The position numbers and the translations under genes were made by a program. The notes below the pieces were generated by a model. The model was given only the letters and a program-made list of their open reading frames with translations. It searched no databases and was not told the DNA's origin. A stretch of DNA of 64,000 nucleotides from Cycas panzhihuaensis. Its lineage: Eukaryota; Plantae; Cycadophyta. Location: the NCBI GenBank assembly GCA_023213395.1, contig CM041465.1:191339741-191403740 (forward strand), read 5' to 3'. Positions 1 to 13,245 of the stretch are shown one piece after another (the first letter of the stretch is position 1; every line of letters begins with the position of its first letter).

Positions 1-715
1 CAAAATCGTGAAAAAACCCTAGCCGCCCATTAGAGTTTCGTCTGGCTTTCCTCCTCACTAAGAGATCCATCCAAAAAAAAAGTTGCTGATCAGGAATCTA
101 CACATCAAGGCCGTTCTTTTGACACCTCTTTCAGGGCATTTTGAGAATGTTGATTTTTTGACTCATTTCTTGTGCGGTACTGCCATCTGTACGATTGTCC
201 GCAGTAGTTTATTATCTCAGAAAAGCACTCAAAAAACCTCCTTGCTGCATTTTCCTTGTTTTGACTGAGTATTCTAGTCTCTTTCATTTCTTAAAAATAT
301 ATTAAAAAGGGAGATATATTTGTTGCACTTGTCTTCTTCTTCTTCCACGGGTAGATAACACTGCTTGGCCACCGTTCCTAATATAGAGACCTTGTTCTGG
401 GGGTCTATAAAAATCGCGTTGGACCTGTCGTTCTTGGCTAAGCACGTTGGGAGTTTGGAACCATCGTGTGAAGTGAAGGGAATCGAAAGGACCCAATACC
501 TAGGCCTTAGACAGAACTTGCTCACGGATTTAAGCCTCCACGTACCGAAAGGTATATAGGAGGACCCTATGGGACCTTGAGCCCAACTTAGATTAGGGAG
601 CTCGACCGACCATCGAAGCCTCGTAGTACAGTGGTTAGCGGTTAGCGCCAAGAAGCTACCTATCTCGAATCTCCATTGGAGGTTTATCGACAAGCCTACG
701 AGTCCAGTTAATCCC

Positions 716-3700
716 GTGACTAGACTTGATAGAATTACTCACCTTCTCATGACTTCCTCTCTTCGACTTCCTGAGTCTGAAAAACTCACCGATGATAACT
801 ATGAATCATGGAAGACCAAGATGAGATCCATACTAGTGGCTCAGGGTGCATGGGACCAGACAGAGAGCATCAAACCTGAGCCTATAAACGTTGTTGAAAA
901 GAAGCTACACATGGAACAAAAAGGTCTTGCACTTGCCTCAATAACTCTGTCAGTTGCAGACTCCATCCTACCTCACATAGCTGGCGCCACCAATCCTCAT
1001 GAAGCCTGGACCACATTGAAGACCTTGTATGCCCAGAAAAACACAGCTTGTGTCATGGGACTCAAAAGCCAAATGGCTACCCTAAGGATGTCTGAATCAG
1101 AAGACTTCACTTCCTTTCTTGGACGATTCAAGCTACTTCATGAAAACCTGGTGTCAGTTGGAGAGAGTTATTCAGATGGTGACCTCATTGACCTTATTAT
1201 ACACAAACTTCCTGCCTGATTCTAGAACATCTTACAAGTTGACGGTAGAAATTGCACAACACTCATTCACTATTGTTTGTGGCCAACTTCTACATCATGA
1301 GCAGACTGAAACCAATCTCGAAAATGAATTGGAAAATGCATTTTCATCCAGAGTGAGTATACGAGGCAGGGCACCACCAACAGAGGAGTTTTTCGTGTAT
1401 TGGACCGAGGGAGAAGACGACCCACAAACTATACTCCTGGTAGAGGACGATCTTCTCCTCGCACTCACCCCATCCAGTACTCAGGAGGACGACTTGGTCA
1501 CCAAATCATCTACTATTATTGTGGAAAAACTGGTCACTACACCACCGACTGTCGTCACCGCAAAGCTGACATAGAAAGGGGGATCATAGCTTCAGGTAGC
1601 TACTCAGGACAACCTGACAAAAAGGAGTCAATTGAAGAAGAAGAAGAAGAGACCGCATTTGTAACAGCTCTTTCCTCAGCAGTAAAGAACAAAAATCATG
1701 ATGATTGGTTTATAGACTCTGGAGCTTCTAGACACATGATCCACAAGCGAGCTTGGTTCTGCAGCATAAGCCCTACTCAAAATTGCGACTCAGTTGAACT
1801 TGGAGATGACACCAGCCATCCAATACAAGGACATGGAACAGTTCCTATTACCTTGCCAGATGGAAACACTGAAAAAGTTGGCAGTGTGCTCTATGTACCA
1901 GGCATGACAAAAAACCTATTACATGTATCTCAACTGACAGACAACAAGCTCCAGGTCCTATTTGATAGTGATGGATGTGTCATTTTTTATAAATACAAAG
2001 GGAACAAAGTGATTGGTGAAGGCATTAAAACCAATGGATTGTACAGATTTCTTGCCACACCAGTTCACACTGCTCTTCATGTAACTAAAAATGTTGATAA
2101 TGGAAAACTTTGGCATTTGCGTTATGGTCATTTGACTTATGATGCTTTATCCTTATCAAGCAAACATGATATGGTGTATGGCCTTCCATGGATAAAACAA
2201 TCCAGCTCTATTTGTAGCACATGCATGATGGGCAAAAAACATAAACTACAATTCTCTACCAACACTACCAGAGCACATTGCAAATTGCAACTAATTCACA
2301 GTGATCTCTGTAGTCCATTCACTCCCCCATCCTTGCAAGGGGCGCGCTACTATTTGACCTTCATAGATGATTATACTAGAAAGATCTAGATCTATTTTCT
2401 TAAATTAAAGTCAGATGTATTTGACACCTTTCTTAAATTCAAAGCCAAAGTTGAAAAAGAAAGTGAATGTAGCATCAAATGCTTGAGGATCGACAATGGA
2501 AAGGAATTCACATCCAATGAATTCACACAATACTGCAAGAAAAATGGTATACAAAGACAATTTACAACTCCCTACACTCCACAATCCAATGGAGTGGCTG
2601 AGAGGAAAAATAGGACCATAACGGAGATTACTCGTTCCTTGCTAAAACAAAAGGGGTAAGCCACAAATATTGGGTTGAAGCAGCAAATACAGTCGTATAC
2701 CTTCTCAACAGAAGTCCAACTAAAGCTCTGGAGAACATAACCCCTGAAGAAGCATGGTCAGGTCAGAAACCAGATGTCTCACACCTTGGAGTCTTTAGAT
2801 CAACCGTCTACATGCACATTCCTACTGAAAAGAGAAAGAAATTAGATGATAAAAGCAGGAGATGCATTCTTGTGGGATATAGTGAAGTATCCAAAGCATA
2901 TCGATGCCTAGATCCTCTAACCAATAAGATCTATCCCAGTAGGGATGTGCACTTTGACGAATCAACTGATGAAGACCAGGTTGATGGGAAAATTGTATCT
3001 GCTCAATCAGTTGACATCATCATACCAAGTTGGACTCAATCTCACTCTTAGATAGATCAAGGTGAACAACAAAGAACAGAAAATGCACCACCACCTATTG
3101 TCACTACAAGTGTCTCTGATGAAGGATCGCACTCATTGAACAAAACAAAGTGGTCAACAACTCAATCCAACCACAAAATCCCTCACAAAAAAAGGTGCCA
3201 AATTGGTACCTAAAAGCAATGGAGGAATCCAGAGTAAATCCAAATCTCATTCAAGAAGGGAAAAGAACCAAAAGTCAAACGCATCATGGGCTCACTGCTC
3301 AAAATGATATATCATATCAACAAGCCCAAAATGATCCTCGTTGGAAAGAAGCAATGAATGAAGAAATGGAATCAATCTACAGTAATAAAACCTGGGAACT
3401 CACTACTCCTCCACAGGGAAAACCCATCATTGGATGCAGATGGTTGTATAAAACCAAGGAGAAATCTGATGGCTCAATTGAGAAATACAAGGCTTGACTT
3501 GTTGCAAAGGGGTACTCTCAAACTCAAGGAATAGATTATGACGAAACATTTGCTCCTGTCAGTAAAATGACTACACTTAAGACGGTGATTGCCTTAGTCG
3601 CACAAAACAATTGGCCAGTGTATCAAATGGATGTCAAAGGAGCCTTTCTCAATGGAGATCTTCAAGAAGAAGTATACATAGAGCAGCCTCCAGGATATGT

Positions 3701-4135
3701 CACACAAACACAGGAGCATCTGGTTTGCAACTTCAACAAAGCTCTTCATGGACTAAAACAAGCTCCTAGAGCATGGTATGCAAAGATGGACTCGTACTTA
3801 CAAAGTCTTGGGATGAAACGATCAGAAGTTGACTCTGGGCTTTACATTCACATTGACAAGAATAACCACGTCACCATTCTTGTATTGTATGTAGATGACC
3901 TAATCTTCACTAGGAGCAACACCAACTGGGTCAACTCGCTACGACTTCAATTGCCAAAAACCTTCAAAATGACAGACCTAGGTGAGATTCACTACTACCT
4001 GGGGATAGAAATTCATAAGTTGAAGGATGGAATCTTCATGCATCAAAGCAAGTATATAGCATGACATCGAAAGACTTCAAGATGATGGATCGTAAAACCA
4101 TCTCTCATGCCCATGAGTTCTGGAACCAAACTTAC
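716..4135 (+). mobile_element. Ty1/Copia gag-pol, decayed and 3'-truncated within RT
   Basis: Gag (KLTDDNYESWK), knuckle CGKTGHYTTDC, protease WFIDSGAS, GAG-pre-integrase LWHLRYGH, integrase IHSDLC/NGVAERKN, RT QMDVKGAFLNG/YVDDL. Order PR-INT-RT. Has stops and frameshifts. Breaks at PMSSGTKL where an LTR begins at 4136. Confidence 0.95.
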
Positions 4136-4495
4136 TGTTGTCCTATCTCAACTACTCGCCTACGCCCATCCTCGCCCAAGCCGCCTGATACGGCTGAGTT
4201 GCACTCGTGTCCGCCGTTGCACTCCCGATCCTTGGTTGCGTACCTGCCTCGTAGCGATCTTCAGCTTGCAACTGCAGTCTTTGTTGTTGTAGCCACAGAC
4301 CTTCACAGTTGCACCACGACCTCATCAAGGTACGAGAGCCATCGTAATAAATGATAATAAATAGCCATAGTCGCAGAGTGATCATAGTAGCAATCGTAGT
4401 AGCAGTCGGTCATAGTAGCAGCCGACTTCCTCAGTTGCAGCAACAATCTCTATTGTTACAGCCGTACCTCAAAAGTGGTTGTTAACCCGCACACA
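4136..4495 (-). repeat. Putative 3' LTR of the Phygy/Athila-like element (360 bp)
   Basis: TGTTG at 4136 exactly where the Copia ORF breaks. Ends ACACA at 4495, next to a PPT (minus strand TGGCCGGGGAGA, 4496-4507). No partner LTR in the window. Confidence 0.7.
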
Positions 4496-4560
4496 TCTCC
4501 CCGGCCACCTCTTTTAAACGAGTAACATACTCGTTCATAAAATTTCAAATATCATTTTAC

Positions 4561-6240
4561 TTAGTTCTTCCTTTGTACTTCCCTGATCTTTATCCTTTCC
4601 CTGCGTATGTACTCCATATCAGGTCTTGCTATATGAGGAGGTAATCTCAGTCCGTTTCTTTTCAAATATTCGCATAACATAACAACATCCTGCATTGTAT
4701 CCAGCATAGCTAAAGTCGGCTTTTCCCCAGATTGCAGCTGCTCAATTTCTTGATTTAATTCATTGTTAACTCTCTCTGTCAATTCCAATTGATCTCTATA
4801 CACATTATGTTCCCTCCATAAGTTTTTACATCGTTCTGATTCTTCATCCGTCTTTATAATCCATGCTCCTAGCCGGTGATAAACTTGTTGCATGTCTGCC
4901 GGAATATACCTGTCAAACCTCATCTTGAACTCCTCTACTTGTGGCCCAACCTCATTTATGTCGTCCACCCAATCCATTATGAACTTTTTCAAGAAGTCCA
5001 ATTTCTCCTCAGTGATTTAATGAATCCTTTTCAAGGATTCTTCTGGCGGCTTACCTCTGTAACCAGCTGCCTGGTTACCTTTGCCAAGAATGTCATCCTC
5101 CAATTAGTTACATCCTGAGCATCACATTCCATTGGATCCAATCCTTCTTCCAGAATTTCCCTATCTACATTGAATTCAACCTCCGGTGGCTGATTATTCA
5201 ATTTCTCTATAATTTCTTTCTTTCTTCTTTCTTGTGCCAGCGTTCTCATTTTCTACCTTTGCTCCTCATCCTCTACTATTGCTGCTTTCTCCACTCTTTC
5301 TTCCCTTCCTTCCTCCTCCACCGGTTCTATTTTAGGAAATTTTCCTACTTCTTCCTCTAAAGAACTAGCTCCTTTTTTCCCATTTTACTTTTTCTTTCCC
5401 TTTCCGGGTAGTGTGTTGTTGTACTCCTGGTGTCACCTAATTCATTTGATACAATTTTTGTATCCACTCCTGAACCTGGCCTTGCTCTTTTTCCCAATCT
5501 TTTCCACTATCATCCGTCCAACAGGCTAACGGTGATTGCTTCATGTTTCCCTTCGGCATACTAACTTCAGGACACTGAAACATGAGCAATCCTTGTAAAA
5601 TAGTTACATAATAAAAAGGAACAGTTTTGTTAGATTCCAAAACCGCTCGCAAACTTAATTTTATTTTTTCCTTCACAAATTTTGCCCAATTTAGGACTTT
5701 CCCTTGGGCCACATGATTAACCATCGTTCTTAAGTTACTAGGCACAAATGTATTCTTTTGAGTAAGCACAATTTTAATAAAAATAAAATGTGCTAAGAAT
5801 CGCTTCTCAAGGGCTTGTATGCCTGCTATTCTAATGCCTGAAGTAGAGGCGCCTCTGCTTTCTGCCCCAATTATCCTTGCTGCTTCTTCTCAACATATCA
5901 AAGTATCCCTCTTAATTTCTTCCCCTTCCTTCGGAAGTCCTATAACTACCGTTATCATTTCTTCTGAAATTTATACCATTTCCAGGAATTCAACCAATAA
6001 CGGAAGTGTTACCTGCAAAAATTTATCCGCATTGGCCAAGGTTCCCACCATTATGAACTTTTGCAATCCTGCCTTGATGATCAACTTCCTTCGTTCATCC
6101 TCTTTCCTCATGGTTCGCCATTCTGTGCAAATCCTGAAATCGTCATTTTTTTTTATTAGCAGCGTTCTCGGCATTTTTTCCAATTGTTCCTTAGACTTAG
6201 TCTGCCTTTCAATTGTTTCCTTTATCGGCTGTAATGTCGT
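4561..6240 (-). pseudogene. Extra sense ORF 3' of integrase (env-like position), ~540-560 codons when repaired
   Basis: ORFs 5971-6183, 5437-5769 and 5031-5249 share one frame, separated by stops, with one frameshift into 4561-5001. Motifs ISEEMITVVIGLP and LNWAKFV; coiled-coil-like C-terminus. Confidence 0.75.
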
Positions 6241-6338
6241 GCCGTCTTACCGCTGCAACTTTAAATCGTACCGCCTCTGTTGGTTGCTTGCCAATGTGAT
6301 TTAAATTGCTCTGTTACTGCTGGTTGCTTTCTACTACA

Positions 6339-6467
6339 TTGCCGCTAGTTTTTTGCCACTACAACTCTAAATCCGTTGCCGCTAGTTCTTTGCCACTACA
6401 ACTCTGAATCCTTCTATTGCTGCTAGTTCGTTACCACTACAACTCTGAATCCTTACGTTGCTGCTAC
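6339..6467. repeat. ~37-41 bp tandem repeat, about 3.3 copies
   Basis: ttgccgctagttctttgccactacaactctgaatcc units at 6339, 6376, 6417, partial at 6458. Confidence 0.85.
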
Positions 6468-6935
6468 AACACAGTGGTACTGCAATTATACTCCTATCTG
6501 TCCCGAATGCACCTACCTAACTACGTCCTGGATTCTGTGGGTTGTTGTCTTGTCCCCGCCATTGTTTTCCACTGTAAAGTTGTTTCATAGCTTTTCATTT
6601 CCATGTGCCGTACTTACACTAGATTTCATCATATCTAGGTAGTTATTAAGGATCGTTGCATATCACATCCCCACTTCCATTGATTGTCCGCACCTTATCT
6701 TTCTTTACGTCTTTCTATGCCCACGTCCCTTAATCATTCATGATTAATATATGTGCGTCTCTTCATAATATTCATACCCACGTCGCACCTCCTTATGTGC
6801 ATCTACGGCCTTACTTTATGTTCACATCATTTCATTTTCAAGCAGTTAATGGAATGATGTGAACATCTTTTAAGCTTGTAACACCTTTACTAGGGATAAT
6901 TGCCCTTTAGTTAATGATGTTCCCACTTTTTTTTT

Positions 6936-9900
6936 TTACATTCTATACAACTTTAATCTCCTGCCATTAACTAATTTAGTCAATGGCTGGCCATCCAATT
7001 GTTGTAATTTCACTGCTCCATTATCATGAATATAGTTAATCCTATATGAACCTAACCATCTTATTTTCATTTTGTCGGGTTTAAATTTAAATTTGCTATC
7101 ATACAACAATACCAAATCATTTACCTTAAATTCAGGTTTTTTAAGGTGGCAGTCATGCCATGCTTTCCGCCTTTTCTTTTCCACTTTCAATTCCCACAAC
7201 GCTCGTGCCCTGGTCTCGTCCAACTTCATTAATTGAATCAGTCGTTGATCGTAGGAAATTTTCGGATTTGCCCTGAGACGCTGAGCCACTCTTAAGCTTT
7301 CTACTTGAAACTCTAGAGGAACCACAGCTTCTAATCCATAAACCAGTTGAAATGGGGTCTGCTTATGAGATCTTTTCTTCATCGTTCTGTCTGCCCATAG
7401 GACTGAATGCAATTTCTTTGCCCAATCAGTTTGTTGTCCATTACAGATTTTCATCAAAGCGATCTTCAAGATTTTATTTGTGCTCTCTACTTGGCCATTT
7501 GCTCTGGGATAATATGGCGAAGATTTGCCATGTTGAATCAAAATTTCTATGGTCAAGTGTTTAATTGTTTGATTCAAAAAGGCACCTCCTTGATCTGATA
7601 CAATCTCCAAGGGACATCCGAACCTTATTATAATAACTTTGTACAAGAAGCGAGCTGTGCTTCTTGCGTCGCACTTCTTCATAGGTTTGGCCTCAGTCCA
7701 TTTGGTCAAAAAGTCTATGGCCACCAATATATATCTTGCATTTGTCCTTCTTGTTGGAGGACTGATTGGTCCCATAAAATCTAAACCCCATTTTTCAAAT
7801 GGAGCTTGGGCCAATATGGGATGAAGAGGCATAAAACTTTGCTTTGACGGCTTCCCTGCTCGTTGACAAATGTCACAAGATTTTACCCATCTTTCAGCAT
7901 CTTCGGACAATGTTGGCCACCGTAATCCCACTGTCAATATTTTTCTAGCTGTAGCTTCCCCTCCATGAGGGGATGAAGCTATCCCTTCATGGGCTTCTCT
8001 CAGAACTGGCTCTACTTCATGTTGAAGTATGCACCTCCGCAAAACTTCATCAGGTCCTAGCTTATAAAGCATACCACCTATCAACTGGAATGGAAAAGTT
8101 TTCTTAATAAAACTCCTTCTTTCTGCCATTTTCAGCCCTCGAGGTGTTTGTCTCGTAGCTAGATATTCTGCAATTCCTTCATACCAAGCTGGAACAACTT
8201 CAATTGAGAACAATTTGTGGTCTGGAAAATCATCAAACACTCCTTCACTTGACTCTCCTTCTTTTATTCTTGACAATTGATCTGTTATAACATGCTTCTC
8301 ACCTTTCTTAACTACAATCTTAAACATAAATTCCTGGAATAACATTAGCCAGCGACTAATTCTTCCCTGCAACATTGGTTTGTTAATTAAATACTGCAAA
8401 GCTTGATGATCCACAAAAAACACAAATGGATTTGCCAATATATAATGACAAAATTTTTGCAAGGCATACACCATGCCTAATCCTTCACGTTCTGTAATTG
8501 TATAGTTACGTTCCGCAGATGTTAACTTCCTGCTAGCAAAAACAATGGGGAGATCTATTTTCTCATCCGCCGGTTGAGCCAATACACAGCCAATGGCATA
8601 TAGTGATGCATCTACATGTACACGGAACGGTTTGTTCCAGTCTGGAAACTTGAGCACCGGGGCTTCCACTATCTTTTTCTTCAAAGCATCAAAAGATAGT
8701 TGTTGCCGCATAGTCCATTCCCATTTTAACGATTTCTTCAACAAGGACTCCAAAGGATAGGCTATCTGAGCATACCCTTTTATGAATTTCCGATAATATC
8801 CAGTCATACCCAAAAAACCCTTTAGATTTTTCGGGTTTTGTGGTACAAAGAACTTCAAAATCACTTCCACCTTAGCCGGGTCCGTCATCAATCCTTCCTT
8901 TGAGACAATATGTCCAAATAAGGATCCGAATGGTACCATAAAGGTACATTTATCAGGGTTTAAACATAGTCTACTCTCCCTACACAATTCCAACATTAGC
9001 CTTAATTGGAGTAGATGGTCTTGTAATCGGCTATACAAAGTCCAATCATCTAAAAACACCTCAATTGCTTTCCTTAGCAATTTCTTGAAGATTTTTAAAA
9101 TAATCCTCTAGAATGTTGTAGGAGCATTTGTCAGCCCAAATGGCATGACCCTATAGGCATAAGTGCCCCATTCTGTGACAAATGTTGTCTTTAGCTGATC
9201 CTCTACTGTAATCTGGACTTGATTGTATCCACTAAAGCCGTCCGTGAATGAGAATATTTCATGCCCTGCCACTTTTTCCAACACATCTTCTATGAAGGGT
9301 ATAGGGAATGGATCTTTCTCTATGGCTTTATTTAAAGCCCTGTAATCAACGCATATGCGAAGTTTCTCGTTCTTCTTGGGTACCACCACTACCGGGCTAA
9401 CCCATTCGTTGTTCTCTACCTCAAAGATGTATCTGGCTTCCAACAGCTTATCTAGCTCCATCTTCACTTGTTCCTTATAATGTGGGTTCATCCTATAAGG
9501 TCTTTGCCTTACTGGTCTTACATTTTCGATTAATTCTATTTTGTGCTCACCCACTTCTGGAGGGATTCCCTTCAGGTCCTTATAGGACCATGCAAAAACA
9601 TACTTGAATTCACAAAAGAGAGATGTTGCTTTTTGCATTATCTCGGGCTCCCAGTAATCTCCTATTTGTATCCATTTTGGATTTCCTTCTGTTCCAACGT
9701 TAATTGATTTAAGTTGGAGCTTTCTCCCTTGCACTGTTTTCCCATCTGGGTTTAATTCATAGGCTAGTACCTGAAAATTTTCCTTATGTCCATATTCTGT
9801 AACAGAATATGTTTGTGGGAAGTTTCTTATTTCTTCCTGACTTGATTGACAACCATTTTCCTTTTCTACAAAAGATACATTCTTTTGTTTAAAATTTTCA

Positions 9901-11091
9901 ATCAAACAATTTTCCACTGCCACACTACTAGGCAAGTCATACAGGCAATTGTGTTGAATTTTATTAAGAGAGGAAATTACATCTTTTAAATTTTGCATTA
10001 CAATGTTACCTTTTCCACTTGGTTCTAACTCATCTGGACACAACTCCATAAAATAACATCTTAAGGATTTTTCTCCTGTTTCTTCCCAAGCGGATTGCAA
10101 CCAATCCAGCAAATATGTAGATGAAGCCTCACTTGCGATTTGTGGAGGGGTTTTCAAGGCCTGGAATGCCATCTCCGAACAAGGACTTACTGTTGTGGTC
10201 GTTGATGCAGTTGTTGAGGACACCCCATCTTCATCTTCTATCTTTTCAATATGCGGTCCATCTGAGCAAAGAGGCAATACAACTTTCTTTCCTACAGCAT
10301 ATAAAGTAAAGGTCAGCTTTCCCCAATCTTGCAAAGCCTCTGTTGCCAAAAGCCATGGTCGTCCTAAGAGTGCAGCATATGTTTTATTGTGATCCTGCAT
10401 TCTTACAATTGCAAAATCTAGGCAAACCGTGGTTCCCGCCACTGTTACTAGAATGTTCAGCAAAGATCCCATCGGTCGAACTTGCAATTGGTTAGCTAAC
10501 CGAATTGCATAATCTGGGGAAACCAATTCCGGTAGTCGATGAAATCCATGTGGATTCAGGGAGCACATTTACTCTTGATCCACCATCCACTACTGTTCTA
10601 CAAATCATCGTTCCAAACAGAATCATTAGAACTCTTGGATCAATTGCATCCATCTTCGTAGCTCGCAACACTGGCTTTTCCATATGATCTAAAAAATAAT
10701 CGGCTTCCCACCATTTAAAGATAACGGTTATAGGGATAGATATACCTAATTCCATTAACAACTCCTTTATCTCTCGCAGTTTTTGCCAAGGATTTTTGTC
10801 CAATTGTTTTCCCTGCACTGGTGGTCGCCTTTGGTATACTTGTCCTTTAAACTGGTTTGCTTGTTCCAACTCATCTAACTGCATGGTTCTTGTGGCCTCT
10901 TGTATAGCTTTGACGACTTCTTGCAATCTTTCCTTTTCCACTACTGGATCCAAAAAATTCTCGCTACTTGTTGCATCTATGACCCTTCCACTTCGCGTTT
11001 GAATATACTCTAGCTTTTCCTTGTCCGGATTTTTGTAGCCAGATTTGAAGTCTGCACTTTCTGACCAGAATTCATTGGACAATTTGCCCAT
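6936..11091 (-). pseudogene. Gypsy pol (PR-RT-RH-INT)
   Basis: ORFs of 199, 486 and 714 aa with canonical motifs and only a few disruptions. Confidence 0.93.
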
Positions 11092-12907
11092 TCATGGTTT
11101 GTTGGGCCGCATTCTTCACAGAAATAATCTTTCCCTTGCTTCTACAGTGGACAATCCGTCCTGAAATGCCCCCATATCGAGCACAAATGATAGCGAACTG
11201 GCTTTGTCTTGCCTTTGTATTGTTTAAAATAAGAATTTTCTTTCTTTTGATAGAAAGATTCTCTTACTGAATTCTTATGGCAACATTCCCACATATAGTG
11301 GTTTCCTCTCTTGCAAATCTCGCACCATCTTCTCTCCATTTGCTGATGTTCATTTTTAAAATGGCCTGGTTGTCCACAAGGGGGAGGGCACCATATGTTT
11401 TCTCGGGATTTTCCCATTTTTAATCTGGCTATCTCCATCCTTAGTTTTTTTATTTCTTCATTCAGCTGATTCATTTCAGCAGGCATTACCAAGGGCTATT
11501 GTTTTAACATCTCTACCTCTTTTTTCAAAACCTCAATTTCTGGTTTTGTGGTCCCCGGGGGTAAGAATATTTGCCCAAAATTCTGGGTTCCATTCTGCAG
11601 GTATGCTGTCCTCATCTGATTTTCAAAACGTAATGCTAACTCTTTAACCTGCTCATAACTATGCAGAGGATGAAACATAATTTTCTCCTTCAAATGGGGT
11701 AGCAACCCCTGTACAAAATACTTTAGAGACAACATTGGATTCATTGGCATGAGAGGATCCATTTTATTCAGGATGATTTTAAGTCTACCATCAAAATCAT
11801 TAACTGACTCACCTGGTACTTGTCTGATTTCTTCCAAAGCCTGAAATATCGACATTGGATCTTTTAACCGCTAAAACCTGTCCAAGAATTGTGTCAGGAC
11901 CACTTCCCAAGTGGGATTTGTCTTCGCTACGTACTGGTACCATGCGATTGCTATCCCTCGCAGCGTGGAGAAGAATCTTGCCTTTATTTTCTCTGGGTCT
12001 TTAATCTTCTTAATCTTCAGCATATTGGAGAATAGGGCCAGATGGTCTCCAGGATCTCTTGAGCCATCAAATTGTAAATGCCCAAACATAGCATCGTTCT
12101 GGACTATTACATATGGAGGAACTGTTTGGTTTCCTCCTCCCATTCCACTACCTTGCGGTATGTTCCTTGGACCTGAGGATTCTGGTCCAATTATGTTAAG
12201 TTCTCCTTCACTCCCCTCTTGCCTCAAGACTGCACTTTCTGGGCTCTCTTTCACAATTGATGAGCCTGAAAAGATCTGACTCATTCTATACAACAGATTT
12301 AACACATGGGAATGGGATTATTTTACCTCCACGATGTAACAGCCCCACCCTGCTATGGTGGTACTATATACCTCCAAGTTAATTGACTTCCCTTCTTCTG
12401 TGGCAGTCTGTTTTTCTTCAGATCTTTGCAGATTCAGAACTTCTTCTTGATTTTCTGCAAGTTTCAACAGTTTGTTCTTCTAATTTTCTTCGGGTTTCAG
12501 CAATTCTTCTTCCTGATTCCAGTCGGTTATTTTATTCAGGTAGGAGCTGATATTGTTCTCATCTTCAACTTTTGAATTAAGTAGTTCCAACATCAGAGCA
12601 AGACGCCTATTCGTCTTCTTCTTCTCAAAAGTATCACACAACTTCGTCCAAATCTCGGCTGGGTCATCCAGATTGTGAACTAGAGCCCTCAGTCCCAGCC
12701 GAGAGAGTTTCAGTAATCCAATAGCCATATATTGCTTCTCTTCTAGTTTGATATGCTCCTTATTGTCAAGTGAGACTAAAACAAGCTTCGCCTTATGGTG
12801 TGTAGTGAACTCAAAAAATTAGAAAACAAAGTTTACAAGTGATAAACTGTCTTTTAAGCAACAAACTTTTGAAAAAAAAAGGCGGGAAAACGTGGTAGAA
12901 TTATGCT

Positions 12908-13245
12908 GGGTAGGAATGTGGGGCCCTTGTTGGTTACCGATGGCGAGAAAACAATGACTGGTCGAGGCGTGGGGCCCACAGCTGGCTGGAAACAGCGCTT
13001 TTGATTGAGGAATGTGGGGCCCACAGTTGGCTGGAAACAACACTTTTGACTGAGGAATGTGGGGCCCACAGTTGGCTGGAAACTGCGCTTTTGCTAGCTG
13101 GAAACAGCGCTTTTGACTGAGGAATGTGGGGCCCACAACTGGCTGGAAACAGTGCTTTTAACTGGCTGGAAACAACGCTTTCTTGGCTGGAAAGCAGCTT
13201 TGTTGGAAAGCAGTAGCTTTTGTCGAGGAATGTGGGGCCCTGGCC
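12908..13245. repeat. ~45-bp tandem repeat in the Copia leader, about 6 degenerate copies
   Basis: gaggaatgtggggcccacagttggctggaaacagcgcttttgact repeated, with partial ctggaaac subunits. Confidence 0.9.

Larger units (their letters stand above)
4136..12525 (-). mobile_element. Ty3/Gypsy non-chromovirus (Phygy/Athila-like) lacking its 5' LTR
   Basis: Gag 12305-11079, protease VDGGSRVN, RT (VFAWSYKDLKGIPPE, DGFSGYNQ, FLDD), RNase H VHVDAS, integrase WGLDFMGP ending VNGRRLKLY. No chromodomain and no obvious extra archaeal RNase H. Confidence 0.92.

Noticed and set aside
618-700. tRNA gene or SINE
   Set aside because: Only an A-box-like motif; no B-box/T-loop and no cloverleaf
5819-6304. 161-aa plus-strand ORF
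   Set aside because: Antisense shadow of the minus-strand accessory ORF
12908-13245. CRISPR-like array
   Set aside because: No unique spacers, no cas genes, eukaryotic retrotransposon context
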